Source: Lama guanicoe
Taxonomy: Eukaryota
Assembly: GCA_013239625.1 (NCBI GenBank)
Contig: MU054049.1
Coordinates: forward strand, 1,615,892 to 1,679,891
Direction: 5' to 3'
Length of the DNA stretch: 64,000 nucleotides
Numbering within the stretch: position 1 is the first letter of the stretch; each line of letters begins with the position of its first letter. The position numbers and the translations under genes were made by a program. This document shows positions 52,470 through 64,000 of this stretch, piece after piece. The notes beneath the pieces were generated by a model that was not told the origin of the DNA, did not search any database, and saw nothing but the letters and a program-made list of their open reading frames with translations.

Positions 52470-52762
52470 ATGGAGAGGGAGAGAGGTAGGGGTGGAGCTG
52501 GGAGAGGCAGGAAAAGGGAGAAAGGGGAGGGAGGAAGAGCCGGAGGAGGGAGGGGAGGGGACTGGCGCGGCGGGCTCGCTCGCAGCCAGTCGCGAGGCCG
52601 CGGGGACCCGGCGACGTCGGAGACTCCACCGCGGACAGAGGCGGCAGCCCCCACCCCCGCACTGCTGACGCGCCCCCGAGTCCCTTCTGGCTTGCATTCC
52701 AGCCTCTCGTCCTGCCTGGTGCGCTGCAGCGGCGGCAGCGGCAGCAGAGCCTGGGAGAGCAG
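52470..52762 (+). other. CHAT: CHAT M-type alternative first exon (3' part; true 5' end unknown) containing an upstream ATG
   Basis: Donor CAG|GTGAGA at 52762/52763. Translation includes 'QSRGRGDP', similar to the recalled human M-exon peptide 'QSGGRGDP'. Confidence 0.75.
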
Positions 52763-54963
52763 GTGAGAAGGGCTGGGCTGGCGAGCGCAGCGCGGGGAGC
52801 GGATCTCGGAGCGGTGGGCAGCGGAGGGAGGCTCCATCCAGGGACCGCGCCGGAATCGAGACGCCCCAGCAGCCGCGGGGTCCTCCGAGTCCTGAACGGC
52901 AGCGGCCGTCGGGGCACAGCCAGGAGAGTGCGGGATTCCGCGGCTCTGGCGTTTCCCCCACCCAGGGTAAGGGGCAGGGGAACCGAGAGCAGGACGATGA
53001 GAAGTTGGGGGGAAAGGGCTTGGACAGGCTTGACCGTCAGGGCTCCGCGGCTCCACCTGCGTGTCCACACTGCTTCTGGACCCCCATCTGCGAAGTGCCA
53101 AGGTCTGCGCGTTCTGTGCCGTTGGAGGGTCTGCAGGTCTCACCCTGCCCGCCATGAAGTGCGAGCGCACATCCGCTTCTCTTCGACTCTCTCCGAGGAG
53201 CGAGGTGGGGAGAGGGGGGCGGGCGTGCGTGGCAAGTATAAGCCGGGTAGCACGGAGTCTCTGGAGTGCGGGGACAGCCGGTGGTGTGGGAGCTGAGCTG
53301 GGCTTGGGCCTCCAGGGCTGCGCAGAGACCCCTCCAGGCAGCCTGGCTGGCGGGAACATGGATTGGGGGCACCCACTGACACAGAAAGATACATACATAC
53401 ACGCTAGGTGCCAGTCCAAGGGCCAAGAAGGAAGTGCCGCTGGCTGCTGGGACCAGGCCCTCCCGTTTGGCACGCACAAAACCATACTACTTCTATCTCG
53501 TGTGCCTCTCCAAGACGTGGAGTCTCAGGCTTGACTAGCATCTTCCTGCTATGGCGCTGGCCGGGGCCAGAGCAAGAGGAGGCACTGGCTGGTAAAGTTT
53601 TAAAGCCTTTACCAACTTGACCTTGCCCTCATCACCCCCTCAAAACTCGATAACACTGGGGTCACTTTTGCAGTGGATAGGGGCAGCCCCTGTGCTGCAC
53701 TGGCACTGATGGGTCTAGGGACCACCTAGTCCCCGGTGCTGTGCCGAGGTGCCAGTGCAGACTCGACATTCTCTGTCCAGTGCAGCCAGGTGATCCCCAG
53801 GCTCCTCCACCCCTGGGCTGGGTTTATCTTTCTGGATGCTCTGTGTTTGGATCAACTGTGCCTTGCACCCAGCGCCCCGCCTCTGCCCCCTGCTCCACAC
53901 TGTGCCTACCTGGGGGTGGGGGTGTGGTGGCAGTGATGGAATGGGCTAAGCCTCAGCCTTAGGCTCTTGGAAGACAGTAGGGAATGGAAGAGTGGAAACG
54001 ACAGGGGTGTGTGTATGCTTCTGCAAGCTTATGCTTAGGGGATCTCTGAGGGTAGAGGTTGGGCCCCACCAGGCTTAAAAGCTGGCTTTGCCCCTCTTTG
54101 GTCTGGCTCACTTCTACTGCATCTTCAAAATTAATCCACCTCTCTCCAGGCCTGTACAGATGGCCACTAGGGACTGAGCTGCCTGGCTTCCCTGTGTGGC
54201 CCACCTCAGCATTCCCATGCCTCCCACACTGGGAGCCTATAGACCAGAGACAGCCTAAGTTGCAGCCCAGCCAGCAGGGTCCTCCCTGCCTTGGCCAAGG
54301 GTCAGCTTCTAATCAGCTCAGAATGCCTCCTGGAGCCCAGAGCCTTAGAGGACCTTGTATTCATTCATGCACACATGCATTCCTTGTACTCAGCTACCCA
54401 ACACTGATTTTACTCCACGCCAGGTGCAGAGCTAGGGCCCAGAGGTGATGCAATGAACAGTACAGGTGTTGTCTTGCCCTGGAGAAGCTCACAGTCTAGT
54501 GGGAAAGAGATTTTTAATCTGCAAAGCACATATCTATCGGGTCCCTGGCAGGAGCAAGGCAAGTGCTCTGCCAATGACCCTTCGTGGGTTTGGAGTGAAC
54601 AAGCCTAGCCCTGCTCCCTCCCATGCGGCTCTGAGGTAGTCAGCTGAGCCTGGATGACAGCAGTCTTGTGGGGCAGGTGCCAGTTGGATGCTCACTTCAG
54701 GCCTACTCTCTCCTGTCTGGAGGCTCGGAGAGGATGCTGTGGTCAGGGGGACAGGTCTGGAGGTCAGGAGATTGGGGCCAGGCCTACAAGGAGGCCTGTG
54801 AACACTACTGTCCAGCTCTGGCCTCCTCACAGGACAGGGGGAGGGTGTCAGGCTGTGGGAGCTGAAGGGTCCATGGCAGGTCTATGTGGTTGTTGTGTTG
54901 ATACCTCTCTGCTTCTTGGTCCCCAGGTCTGCACCTCTGTTTCCCCAATCAGGAGTCGCCAGG

Positions 54964-55029
54964 ATGCCCATTCTGGAGAAAACCCCCCCTAAGATGGCAG
55001 CAAGAAGTCCCAGCAGCGAGGAGGTGCCT
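54964..55029 (+). CDS. CHAT: Choline O-acetyltransferase, first common coding exon (exon 54927-55029; MPILEKTPPKMAARSPSSEEVP)
   Basis: Acceptor ccccag|G at 54926/54927, ATGs at 54964 and 54994, donor CCT|GTGAGT, phase 0. Matches the recalled ChAT N-terminus. Confidence 0.92.
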
Positions 55030-57818
55030 GTGAGTGACTTTTAGAGCCCTCTCTCTCATTCCAGCTCTCCCCACTCACAAGCCTTTGCTTCCAGAGCAGT
55101 CCTGAGTGGGACTGGTCCCCCGTCCTTGAGTGCCCCCCAGCCCTGCTCTGTCCTGGGCAAGAGGCCCATGCTGCAGCCCTGACCAGAGTTTGCTGAGGAG
55201 CCCGGGAGGGCCTGGAGGGGCTGGGAGAGGCTTCAGGGGGTACCGAGGGAAAGCTGATAGCCCCCAAGGGCAGGGAGAGCCCTTCACCTGGGCCAGGTAC
55301 TCTCTCTTTTCTCCCAGGGCCTCATCATCTCCAAGTTCCGCTTCCAATGGCTTGAAGCCAGTGGAGTTGCCTAAGGATGAGGCTGAATTTCCTCCTTTAA
55401 GTCACACACCAGCCCCAGCCGCTGTCAGCCCTGGGGTCTTTGGCACCACCTTCCCTACTGGTTTGAGTCAATGCCGCCCCTCCCCGGGCAGGCATCCTCC
55501 CTCCCAACCTTGCCTTGCCTTCCAGAGTCATAGAGAGACAGTTCTGGTCTCCGTGTTGTTTCACACATCAGTCCCTCTGCCACACTTGTCTTCTTGACAC
55601 TTCCTTACCCCGACCCCCCACCCTAGGGCTTCACTGGAAATCCTGATCAGAACTTTCTGGCTTCTCCCGGGAAGTTGCTTCCCACATTGTCTGTACAAAC
55701 ACCTGACAAACACTGTTGATGCCTCTGGTCCACAGCGTGTCCCTCCCTTTGGACTGTGGCTGCCTTGAGAGCAGGCTCTGTCTCTCCATTGTCCCTGAAT
55801 CCAGCCCAGCGCCTGGCTCACATGAACTTCCCAGAGATGTTTATTGACCTGAGATCCCAGGGCCCAAAAACCCTCATTTGTACGAGCCCCTGCCTCTCTA
55901 CCTGAGCAAGAGCCAGAAGCCCATGCAAGTGTGGGAAGAGCCCCGAGGGGTGGAGCCATCTGAGCAGAGATTTCCTGTCTCACTCCTTCTTACCATCTCT
56001 GAATCCCAGTGGCCCAGGCTGAGTCACTGTCAGAGCTCTGAAGAAGGATGGCCTGTTTCCAGCAGGAGCTCCAGCCAGACCTGCTGGCACTCTTGGCCAG
56101 GCCACCCGCTGGGCTGGGCTGGGCTTTCTGTAGGTGTTTGCCCACTCACCCACCACACCGACCTCCAGACCCCAAGAGAAGGAAGAGGGAACCAGAGGGG
56201 CTGGGAGGGGAAGCTGGACCCGACTCTCTGGAGGTGGGCTGGGCAACCTGCAATGCCGCCCAGACCCCTCCTCGAGTGTTCCCCAGGGCAGGAGCAGCCC
56301 AGAGTTGGCACTGACACTCTCCCCCCTCCCTTTAGGACAGTGATCTCTAGAGACAGGCTCAGACAGGCGAAGGAACCCATTCAGTCATCAGTGCAAGCTC
56401 CAGTGCTCACTCACTCACGGTCCGCTTGCCCAAGGCTTCCAGGGGTGGAAGGGTTCGCTCCCATTCCTACCACAGCAGGAGAAGAGCATGGGCAAGCTTT
56501 CAATGGATTCCTTCACTCCATAGCCCAGCCAAGGTGGAAATTCACTGCCCCCAACACCCTACAGGGGAGAAACCCCTGAAAGAAGGCTGCCCGCTGTCCC
56601 TATCTGCACACTTTGTAAAGTTTCAGCAACAATATGACAACTTCTGCTTTCTGACTGTGACCAGCTAAGTGGGATGGAAAAGGGAGCAAGGGAGAGAAAG
56701 AAAGAGCAAGAGGGAGGAAGACCGATTTCAGGTCTCAGCTCTGCCATCGAATGGCTGGATGACCTTGGACTCGTCTCTCCACTCTCTGGTCCTCAGTTTT
56801 CTCATCTGAAAATGGGACAAAAATAACATTGAGATCCCTGGCTGACAGATCAGGTTCAGTGGGGACTTCTATTCAGACTCTCAAGACATTTTGGGGGCCC
56901 CCAGGTATTATGGGTTTTCTCTTAGGAATCACTCCGAAGGGCTGAGGACAGTAATAGCATAATAACATTTTACGATGTGCCTATTTGAGGCCAGTTGTTT
57001 CGCTTATTTCATTCTCTCTGCATCCGTCTCAGGTAGGAATTGTTATTTATGGCCTAAGGAGGAGGAAGCCGAGACTCGGAGAGATTAAGAGGGGAAGAGC
57101 TTTAACTGCACTCCGTTCCCCCACCCTGTACCCACATGGAGCCCAGTGCCCCTCCCTGGGTTTCATAACTAGGAGGGATTTACTAAGGAGCCCGGTGCAT
57201 GAGTCATCTTCCCAGGGAAGATCACGCAGAATTCTGGTCATTAGGGCCAAGCTACGAACTATACCTCCCACCATCTTTCACTTGAATCTCTCCATTCGAG
57301 GCACACCCTTTGGGTCCAGAGATCAGCTGGATTGTGGGACCCCAGTGGGGAACAATTCCTAAATTAAGAATGGCCAGTATCAGTAACGGGACAATTTCAT
57401 CTCAGGCTCATTCTTTATGGGTTATAAGCACTTGAACATCCATGATCTCTTTGATTTTATGAAAGGTAGAGGGTATTACCTCGGTTTTACTGGAGAGGAA
57501 ACTGAGGCACAGAGGTGGGGGTGATTTGCTCAAGATCACACAGATGGTCAGCAGCAGGGTCAGGGCATGAACCCAGGTCTGCCCGGGTTCGATGTCAAGG
57601 TTTTCCCTGCTTCCTAGAAGCAGGGCTAGGGGGTGAGAGAAAGCGAATGGAAGCTTCCTAAGATCGCGATTCTGCTGAGCTGAATCCTGAAAGCAGATGA
57701 GTCCCTGGATGGGGAACAAGGATGGGGTAGATGGAGATGGGCACTGGGGGTCAATTAGAGGATGGGCATGGACCACACAGAAGGACAGGCACAAGAGCCT
57801 GAGAACCTTCTCTTCCAG

Positions 57819-58010
57819 GGGCTGCCCAAACTCCCAGTGCCCCCCCTGCAGCAGACCCTGGCCACTTACCTGCGGTGCATGCAACACCTGGTACCTGAGG
57901 AGCAATTCAGAAGGAGCCAGGACATCGTGCGGCAGTTTGGGGCCCCTGGCGGCCTCGGTGAGACCTTGCAGCAGAAGCTCTTGGAGCGGCAGGAGAAGAC
58001 GGCCAACTGG
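57819..58010 (+). CDS. CHAT: ChAT coding exon 2 ([14 protein letters not shown]...EKTANW)
   Basis: ttccag| acceptor, |gtaagt donor, 192 nt. Carnitine/choline acyltransferase signature [13 protein letters not shown]. Confidence 0.98.
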
Positions 58011-58683
58011 GTAAGTGTTGCCTGGAAGGGGCAGACGAGGAAGCCATGGGACAGGAGGCGGAAAGCAGACATGGAGACAGAGGGATGTAGATGAGGGAAA
58101 GACTGGTGACAGAGATGGGGCAGATGAAGGGACAGGCATTGGGGAGAGACAGAGGGATAGCAAGGGGCAAGGGTGAGGGACAGACAAGATTGGGGTGGAG
58201 ATGGGAAAGGGGACAGAGAGGGGACAGATGGAGATAGAGATAGGATGGTGGGGAGAGGCAGGGTACAGAGATGGAGGACAGATGTGGGACAGGGAAGGGA
58301 CAACAGAGCATGAGCTGAGGTCAGGGGAGCAGAGAGTAGTGAAAGGCAGGAATGGGACACTCATAAGGACAGGTAAGGGGGTACGGATAGAGCCCCAAAC
58401 AACCAGAGTGAAAACTGGATGGAAGAAGGAGATAGAGTCCAGGGCAAAGTCAAAGGGCAGGCATGGTGGGTTTGGGGAGCACACAGACTCTAGCGCATAA
58501 CTGGGGCTCAGTGCATGTTTATGGAATGAATGAATGAATAAATGAATAAAAGAAAGCGTGATCCAGTTAAGGATCCCTCAGGGCTGCCAGGTTGGGACTG
58601 GTGCCCTCCACAGGCAGGGCGCCCTTGTTTGCAACGGTGTGTGTGGCCATCAGGGGTGATGGAGCCCTACCCCCGCTCCCTGA

Positions 58684-58806
<123 letters not shown>

Positions 58807-60268
58807 TGAGGCCACCGTACTCCTGGGGCCGTAGCTTGGGAGTCTGCCTGGAGGAGGGGGTTTGGCCCCAGCATCAGGAAGGAAAGGCCAACTCTCATGC
58901 CTTGGCTGAGCTTTCTGAGGCCAAATGGCCCTGAGACAGTTGCCATCCAGGCCATGGGGACGGGAAGGAGGTTGGGCCAGGTCCTCAGAATTTAATTACT
59001 TAGGGTCGGGTGGTCACTACTGGAGGTCATAGGGTGGACCCCCTTCCCCGTGTCCCCATGGCAGTCTGGACATGGTTGAGGGCCCCAGGAGGAAACCTGT
59101 ACCCTCTCATCCCGCCAGTCCTCGAGGCTGGGGCCGGTTACGGGGACACACTGCCCCAGGCCATGTCAGAGAGCCCCAGCTCCAAACAGAGGCTTTGAGG
59201 GGGTGGAAATGGTTCCTTCCCGGCAGCCAGCCGCTGCCAGTGCCTCTGCCATCTGCTGCAATTTCAGAGCTCACTGAGCTGCTGGAACTGCCTCTGGGCC
59301 CACTGATGATGATGGAGGGGCCAGTTATGTAGGGGTGGAGCAGGGAGGAAGGGTCTCCCTGCCGGAGTCTCTCAGAGCCAAACCCAGGTCTCTGGCCTCA
59401 AGACCCGGATGTGGCACAATGTGGGGACAGTTCAGAGCCCGTTAAAAAACAAGAGGCGGGGCTCACCTCAGCCTTTGGGCAGGGCTCAGTGATGCCGGAA
59501 ACCACCCCCACCCAATCCCCTCCTTCCTCACCAAGCCCAGCCCACCCCCCAGCTGTCTGGGGGCAGTCTTCCCCCTTCCCCTGTAGCCTGGGCCTTCCCT
59601 GGGCAGAAGGAAGTGTGCAGATGGATGAACGAGCTCTGAGGACAGTTCTCAAAATTGCATCGAAGAGGGGAGTTCTCCTCCTGATGCAATTAAGCCGGGC
59701 TCATCATCCACACACAGTTAAGATGACAAGATCCTGAGGCACGGGTCTCCCCTCTAACACCTGATTTCCTTTGCATTAGCATCAGGGGGACCAAATGACT
59801 GACTTGTCCCAGGGGATTGAATTCCCTAGAACCCCGGAGGTCCTGGCCCAGTCCAGCCCAGCCCCAGCACCAGGCCTTTCCCGGAAGAACCGCACCCCTG
59901 ACCGCCTAGCCCTTTCCTTCGTGCTCTGTGGCCTCTCCTGGCTTCCTCCTCCTTCTCCTCTTCATCCACCTTCTAGGTTCCTTTTCTCCCCCAAGTTCTC
60001 TCCTCTGGACCATTTTTATCCCAAGCTTTTCGAAGCTGACAGCGTGGGGGGTGGGGGTGGGGCAGCAGGAATTCCATCTGATTAGCGCATCACCAAGGCC
60101 AGGCGGCTGGGGTAGTGGGCAGGGCATGAGTTTGGGAGAGCCCGAGAGAGGAGATGGGAGGGAGGGGGAGAGGGAAGGGGAGAGAGAAGAAGAGAGAAGG
60201 AACGAAGGAAGAAGGGAGGGAGCCTGGGCCGCGGAGAGGAGAAACTAAGGTCTCCTCTCTCTCTGCAG

Positions 60269-60322
60269 GTTTGCAGCCAATCTCATCTCCGGTGTGCTCA
60301 GCTACAAGGCCCTTCTGGACAG
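60269..60322 (+). CDS. CHAT: ChAT coding exon 4 (FAANLISGVLSYKALLD)
   Basis: ctgcag| acceptor, |gtagga donor, 54 nt, phase 2-2. Confidence 0.96.
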
Positions 60323-61172
60323 GTAGGACTGGGCCCAGCCTGGGACGGGTCGTGCCCTGTTCTGGCACAATCTGTTGATTCCTCTGACTCCCCACCACAC
60401 TAGACAAGGAGCTTCCAGAGGGCAAGGACCTTGTCCTTCTCCAGCTCTGTGTGGCAGAGCCAACAACCCCCCCCCCACATACACACTTCCCTAGCATCAG
60501 AATGACCTTTACCCCAGCTGGCCCAGCCTCTCCCAGTTACTTTTCCTGGGGTAAGCACTCCTTGATCTCTTTAAAATGCCCCTGCTCCCTCCATCCCCAG
60601 TGGATACACACAAGCCAGGAATCAGTGTTGTCAAGAATTTAGAGAACACATCAAAAGGCGAAGAAGGAAAAGTTGTTGGAGCAAGGTGATGGTGGCGCTC
60701 AGCCTCGCTCCTCACTACTTGCAGGGAATGGTCTCTCCCATCTGAACCTGTTTCCTCAACCCCATCAAGCTTGAGAAACAGATGAGCTGACTCAGTGGAC
60801 ACACCAGTGTCCAGACAGATGGAGAGAGCTGCGCAAGCACAGTAGGTGATCACTGATTTTAGGAGGAAAGCAGCAGGTGCTCAGGACCAGCAGGGAGAGC
60901 GAGAAGGCGTGGGGATCCAGGGTCCCCAGAGGCAGGTGACAGTAGGGCATCAGATGCTAGAAACAGAGAAAGTCCCAAAGCAGTGTCCACCGCACAGAGA
61001 AGCTGAGGCTCAGAGAGGTTAAGGGGCTTGTCCACAGTCACACAGCCAGTTGGCAGAGTGAGGAAGGCACAGGGGCAAACTTGCTCACTTTTTAACTTGA
61101 TCTGGCTCAGTCTCACCCAGCCTTGGGGCAGAGGCTCAGACCTCAGCCTCTCCAGGGTAGGGCAGTTTCCTC

Positions 61173-61708
61173 TGGAGAGGAGGGGGCAGGCCCCCAGACC
61201 CAAAATGCAGAGTGGTTCAGGGCTTGGGCCCTGGGGTCAGCAGACCTGAGTCTGAATTCAGACACCCACACACAGGGTCTGTTGATCTTGAGTGAGAGGA
61301 ATCACTCCTAGCTCTAGTCCCCTGTCTGTCAAATGGGAATAATGAGTTGCCCGCAGTGTTTGTCTTCCTTGAGTCTGAGGCCGTGCTCAGGCGAGATGCT
61401 CTCCCCGCAGAGCCCATCCCCCCCCCCCACCCCCCCCCCCCCATGGAGAGGAGGGGGCAGGCCCCCAGACCCAAAATGCAGAGTGGTTCAGGGCTTGGGC
61501 CCTGGGGTCAGCAGACCTGAGTCTGAATTCAGACACCCACACACAGGGTCTGTTGATCTTGAGTGAGAGGAATCACTCCTAGCTCTAGTCCCCTGTCTGT
61601 CAAATGGGAATAATGAGTTGCCCGCAGTGTTTGTCTTCCTTGAGTCTGAGGCCGTGCTCAGGCGAGATGCTCTCCCCGCAGAGCCCATCCCCACACCACC
61701 CCCCCACC
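61173..61708 (+). repeat. Intronic tandem duplication, 271-bp period (61173-61443 and 61444-~61708)
   Basis: The copies appear identical over ~247 bp and differ only in the terminal C-rich tract. Confidence 0.96.
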
Positions 61709-62569
61709 TCCTCCCGCCTCCCTCCTGGTTCCCACAGCCTCCTCCCTGCTTCTTCCTGTGACCAGTTTCCCCCCATTCACCACACAGAACCACGGCCATT
61801 GCAAAAGCAAAACAGATCAAATCATGCCCCTGAGCCCTTTTACCCTCCGGGCTTTTCGCTGCCTCGAGGATGAACTGGCACCACCTTCCCATTGCCAACG
61901 AGGCCCACAAGTCTCCCCCACCTCTCTGGCCGTCTCTCTACTCACTTCAACCCACTGGCTTCCTTTCCCCTTGGAAAGGTGCTCCTCAAACCATCTATGG
62001 TGAAGGGCCAATTTTTTTTTATTTAGTAAAATGTTTATAAAACATGATAAAAATGAATTCACAGAAAATGGCACACCCATGCAACATACAAGACCATTTG
62101 TTTCACTGTCAGATACAACACACACAAACTTCCTCTATCAGATGGTTGCAAGTTTCTGAAAGCTCCCTCGGGAGTCCCATGCTCACCCTGTCCTGGGTTG
62201 GTCATTTCAGTTCATTCTGACTCCCACACTTGGAGCAGCAGGGCCATGAGACACTCTATCCGGTTCTGCCTCGTCCTCATTCCACCCCAGCTCACCTCCT
62301 GGCTGCCTCTTGCCCTCAGGACTCAGCTCGGGCTCATAGTCTGGTCCTCAGTGAGGTTGTCCTGGCCACTCCTCCTGCCCTACCATCACTGTCCCATCAC
62401 CCTGTCTCCCTACCTGCTTGTTGTCTTTGACCCACCGATGTACCCCAGGATCTGCACCCCATTAGAACAGGAAACTCATGTCTTGTTTGCAGCTGGATCC
62501 CTGGATCCCTGGATCCCATTGCCTGGCTCAAGAGAGTGCTCAGAACATTTGTTGGCTGAAAGGGTGGAA

Positions 62570-62760
62570 GGAAGGAAGGAAGCGGGGAGAGAGACAGACA
62601 GGTAGAAAGAAAGAGAGAGAAGAAAAAAGGGGAGGAGGAAGAGGGGGGAGGAGATGGAAGAAGGACAGAGGGAAAAAGAGAAAGCAAGAGAGAAAAAGGG
62701 GGAGGAGAAGGAGAAAGTGGGGGAGGAGGAGGAGGAAGGCGGGGATGGAGGGAGGGAAAA
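62570..62760. repeat. Polypurine low-complexity tract
   Basis: Almost pure A/G on the + strand. Confidence 0.85.
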
Positions 62761-63194
62761 CATGAGGCATGCTGAGACCACAGGAGAAAGAGAGCTTTCT
62801 GCCTTGAACTCAGAGGAGGCTTCTAGAAGAGGTGTGAAGGAGTAGGCTCTTGAAAGTGTGGAGGGAGTTTTCAAAACACGTTAATTGAGCATGGGGGTGG
62901 GGGTGAGGTCACACCAAGCACCGATCAGCATTAAGCAGAGCAGAGGGTGAAAATGGCCAGACCCGCACATGCACACATGTGGTCCATGAGGCAGGGGTGA
63001 GGGAGACTAACAGAGGCCAGAGAACACCCTGAGGGTCCTCCTGGGCCCTGGAAACGCAAAGTTCCACTACTTTAAAAAGTGGGGACTCGAGCTTGCAGAC
63101 GGCCATGGTAATGCAGTTTTGGGGTCTGTGCCCTGCTTGGCCTAATCAAGTTATAATAGAACAAGAACTGTACAACATCAAGAGTGAACCCTAA

Positions 63195-63548
<354 letters not shown>

Positions 63549-64000
63549 TGAGCTTGGCAGGGATTCCCGGTCAGTCTCGTTTCTCTCCACTGGTTGGACT
63601 TTAAGAACGAGAATTGTCCATTGAGAATGCCTTCAGAAGGTTCCCATTTCAGCCCTGACCAGCCAGGTCAGGTCCAGAGAGCCACCTGGATAGACTCAAG
63701 TTCGTTAATGAGACCCGCATGTTCTCAGCACTTCTGCATGCAGTCACCCAGGCCACGGCCTTCCTGGAAACCACACACGGACAGATGGACAGACAGACAG
63801 CTTACAGACTGATGGATGGGACCTCGGTGTGGGCTCCATACTTACATTCATCCCATCTGATCCTACGGTGACCCTGCAGTGGGGACCTTAGAATTTCCAT
63901 TTGACAGATAAGGAGACGAGACTTAGGTTAAATGGCTTGTCCAAGGGTGAGAAGGACTCCTGGGTCTACCAATGTCACAAGCCCACACTCCATCCCCTGC

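Larger units (their letters stand above)
47450..53400. promoter_or_regulatory. CpG island region spanning the VAChT promoter and gene and the CHAT M promoter
   Basis: Very high GC and CpG density relative to the flanks. GC boxes at ~48505-48530 and GACGTC at 48530-48535. Confidence 0.85.

Noticed and set aside
52201..53485. 289-aa and 363-aa minus-strand ORFs over the M exon
   Set aside because: GC-rich, low-complexity translations with no homology or splice support.
54400..54465. Possible equivalent of the human CHAT S exon ending at CAG|GTGTTG
   Set aside because: Lies in an L2-like remnant with a weak donor. Its nearest ATG would be out of frame with MPILEK after splicing, and the similarity rests on uncertain recall.
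57801..57821. Peptide 'ENLLFQG' resembling a TEV protease site in front of a ChAT exon
   Set aside because: Coincidental translation of the intron polypyrimidine tract and AG acceptor; no vector sequence present.
57408..58484. 358-aa minus-strand ORF
   Set aside because: Produced by the antisense of a CHAT exon plus a purine-rich intronic tract; Pro/Ser/Leu low complexity.

Overview
Mammalian genomic DNA covering the 5' part of the cholinergic gene locus. It is probably from a camelid: there is a Vic-1-like tRNA-derived SINE and a pig-like ChAT N-terminus. The intronless vesicular acetylcholine transporter SLC18A3/VAChT (ATG 49017 to TAG 50603, + strand) lies in a CpG island. The first five coding exons of choline acetyltransferase CHAT follow (54964-63446), and the gene continues past the window. 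An RE1/NRSE silencer sits at 45489. The upstream ~44 kb is intergenic and repeat-rich: ERV-L remnants, MaLR/MLT LTRs, L1/L2 pieces, and a decayed ERV1-class provirus (26414-35928) with three nested insertions. Main observations: (1) splicing the CHAT M-type exon to the first coding exon gives an open, strong-Kozak, 110-aa Arg/Gly-rich N-terminal extension, like the 82-kDa nuclear ChAT usually described as primate-specific; (2) VAChT looks unusually diverged in its luminal loop and at some TM positions; (3) the two otherwise old LTRs share a perfectly identical 154-bp tract; (4) a poly(A)-less L1 5' fragment is inserted at the proviral RT YxDD codons; (5) there are several local templated copies and tandem duplications of different ages. 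Repeat family names and human/pig protein comparisons are from recall, not database searches. No clearly novel multi-gene system was found.
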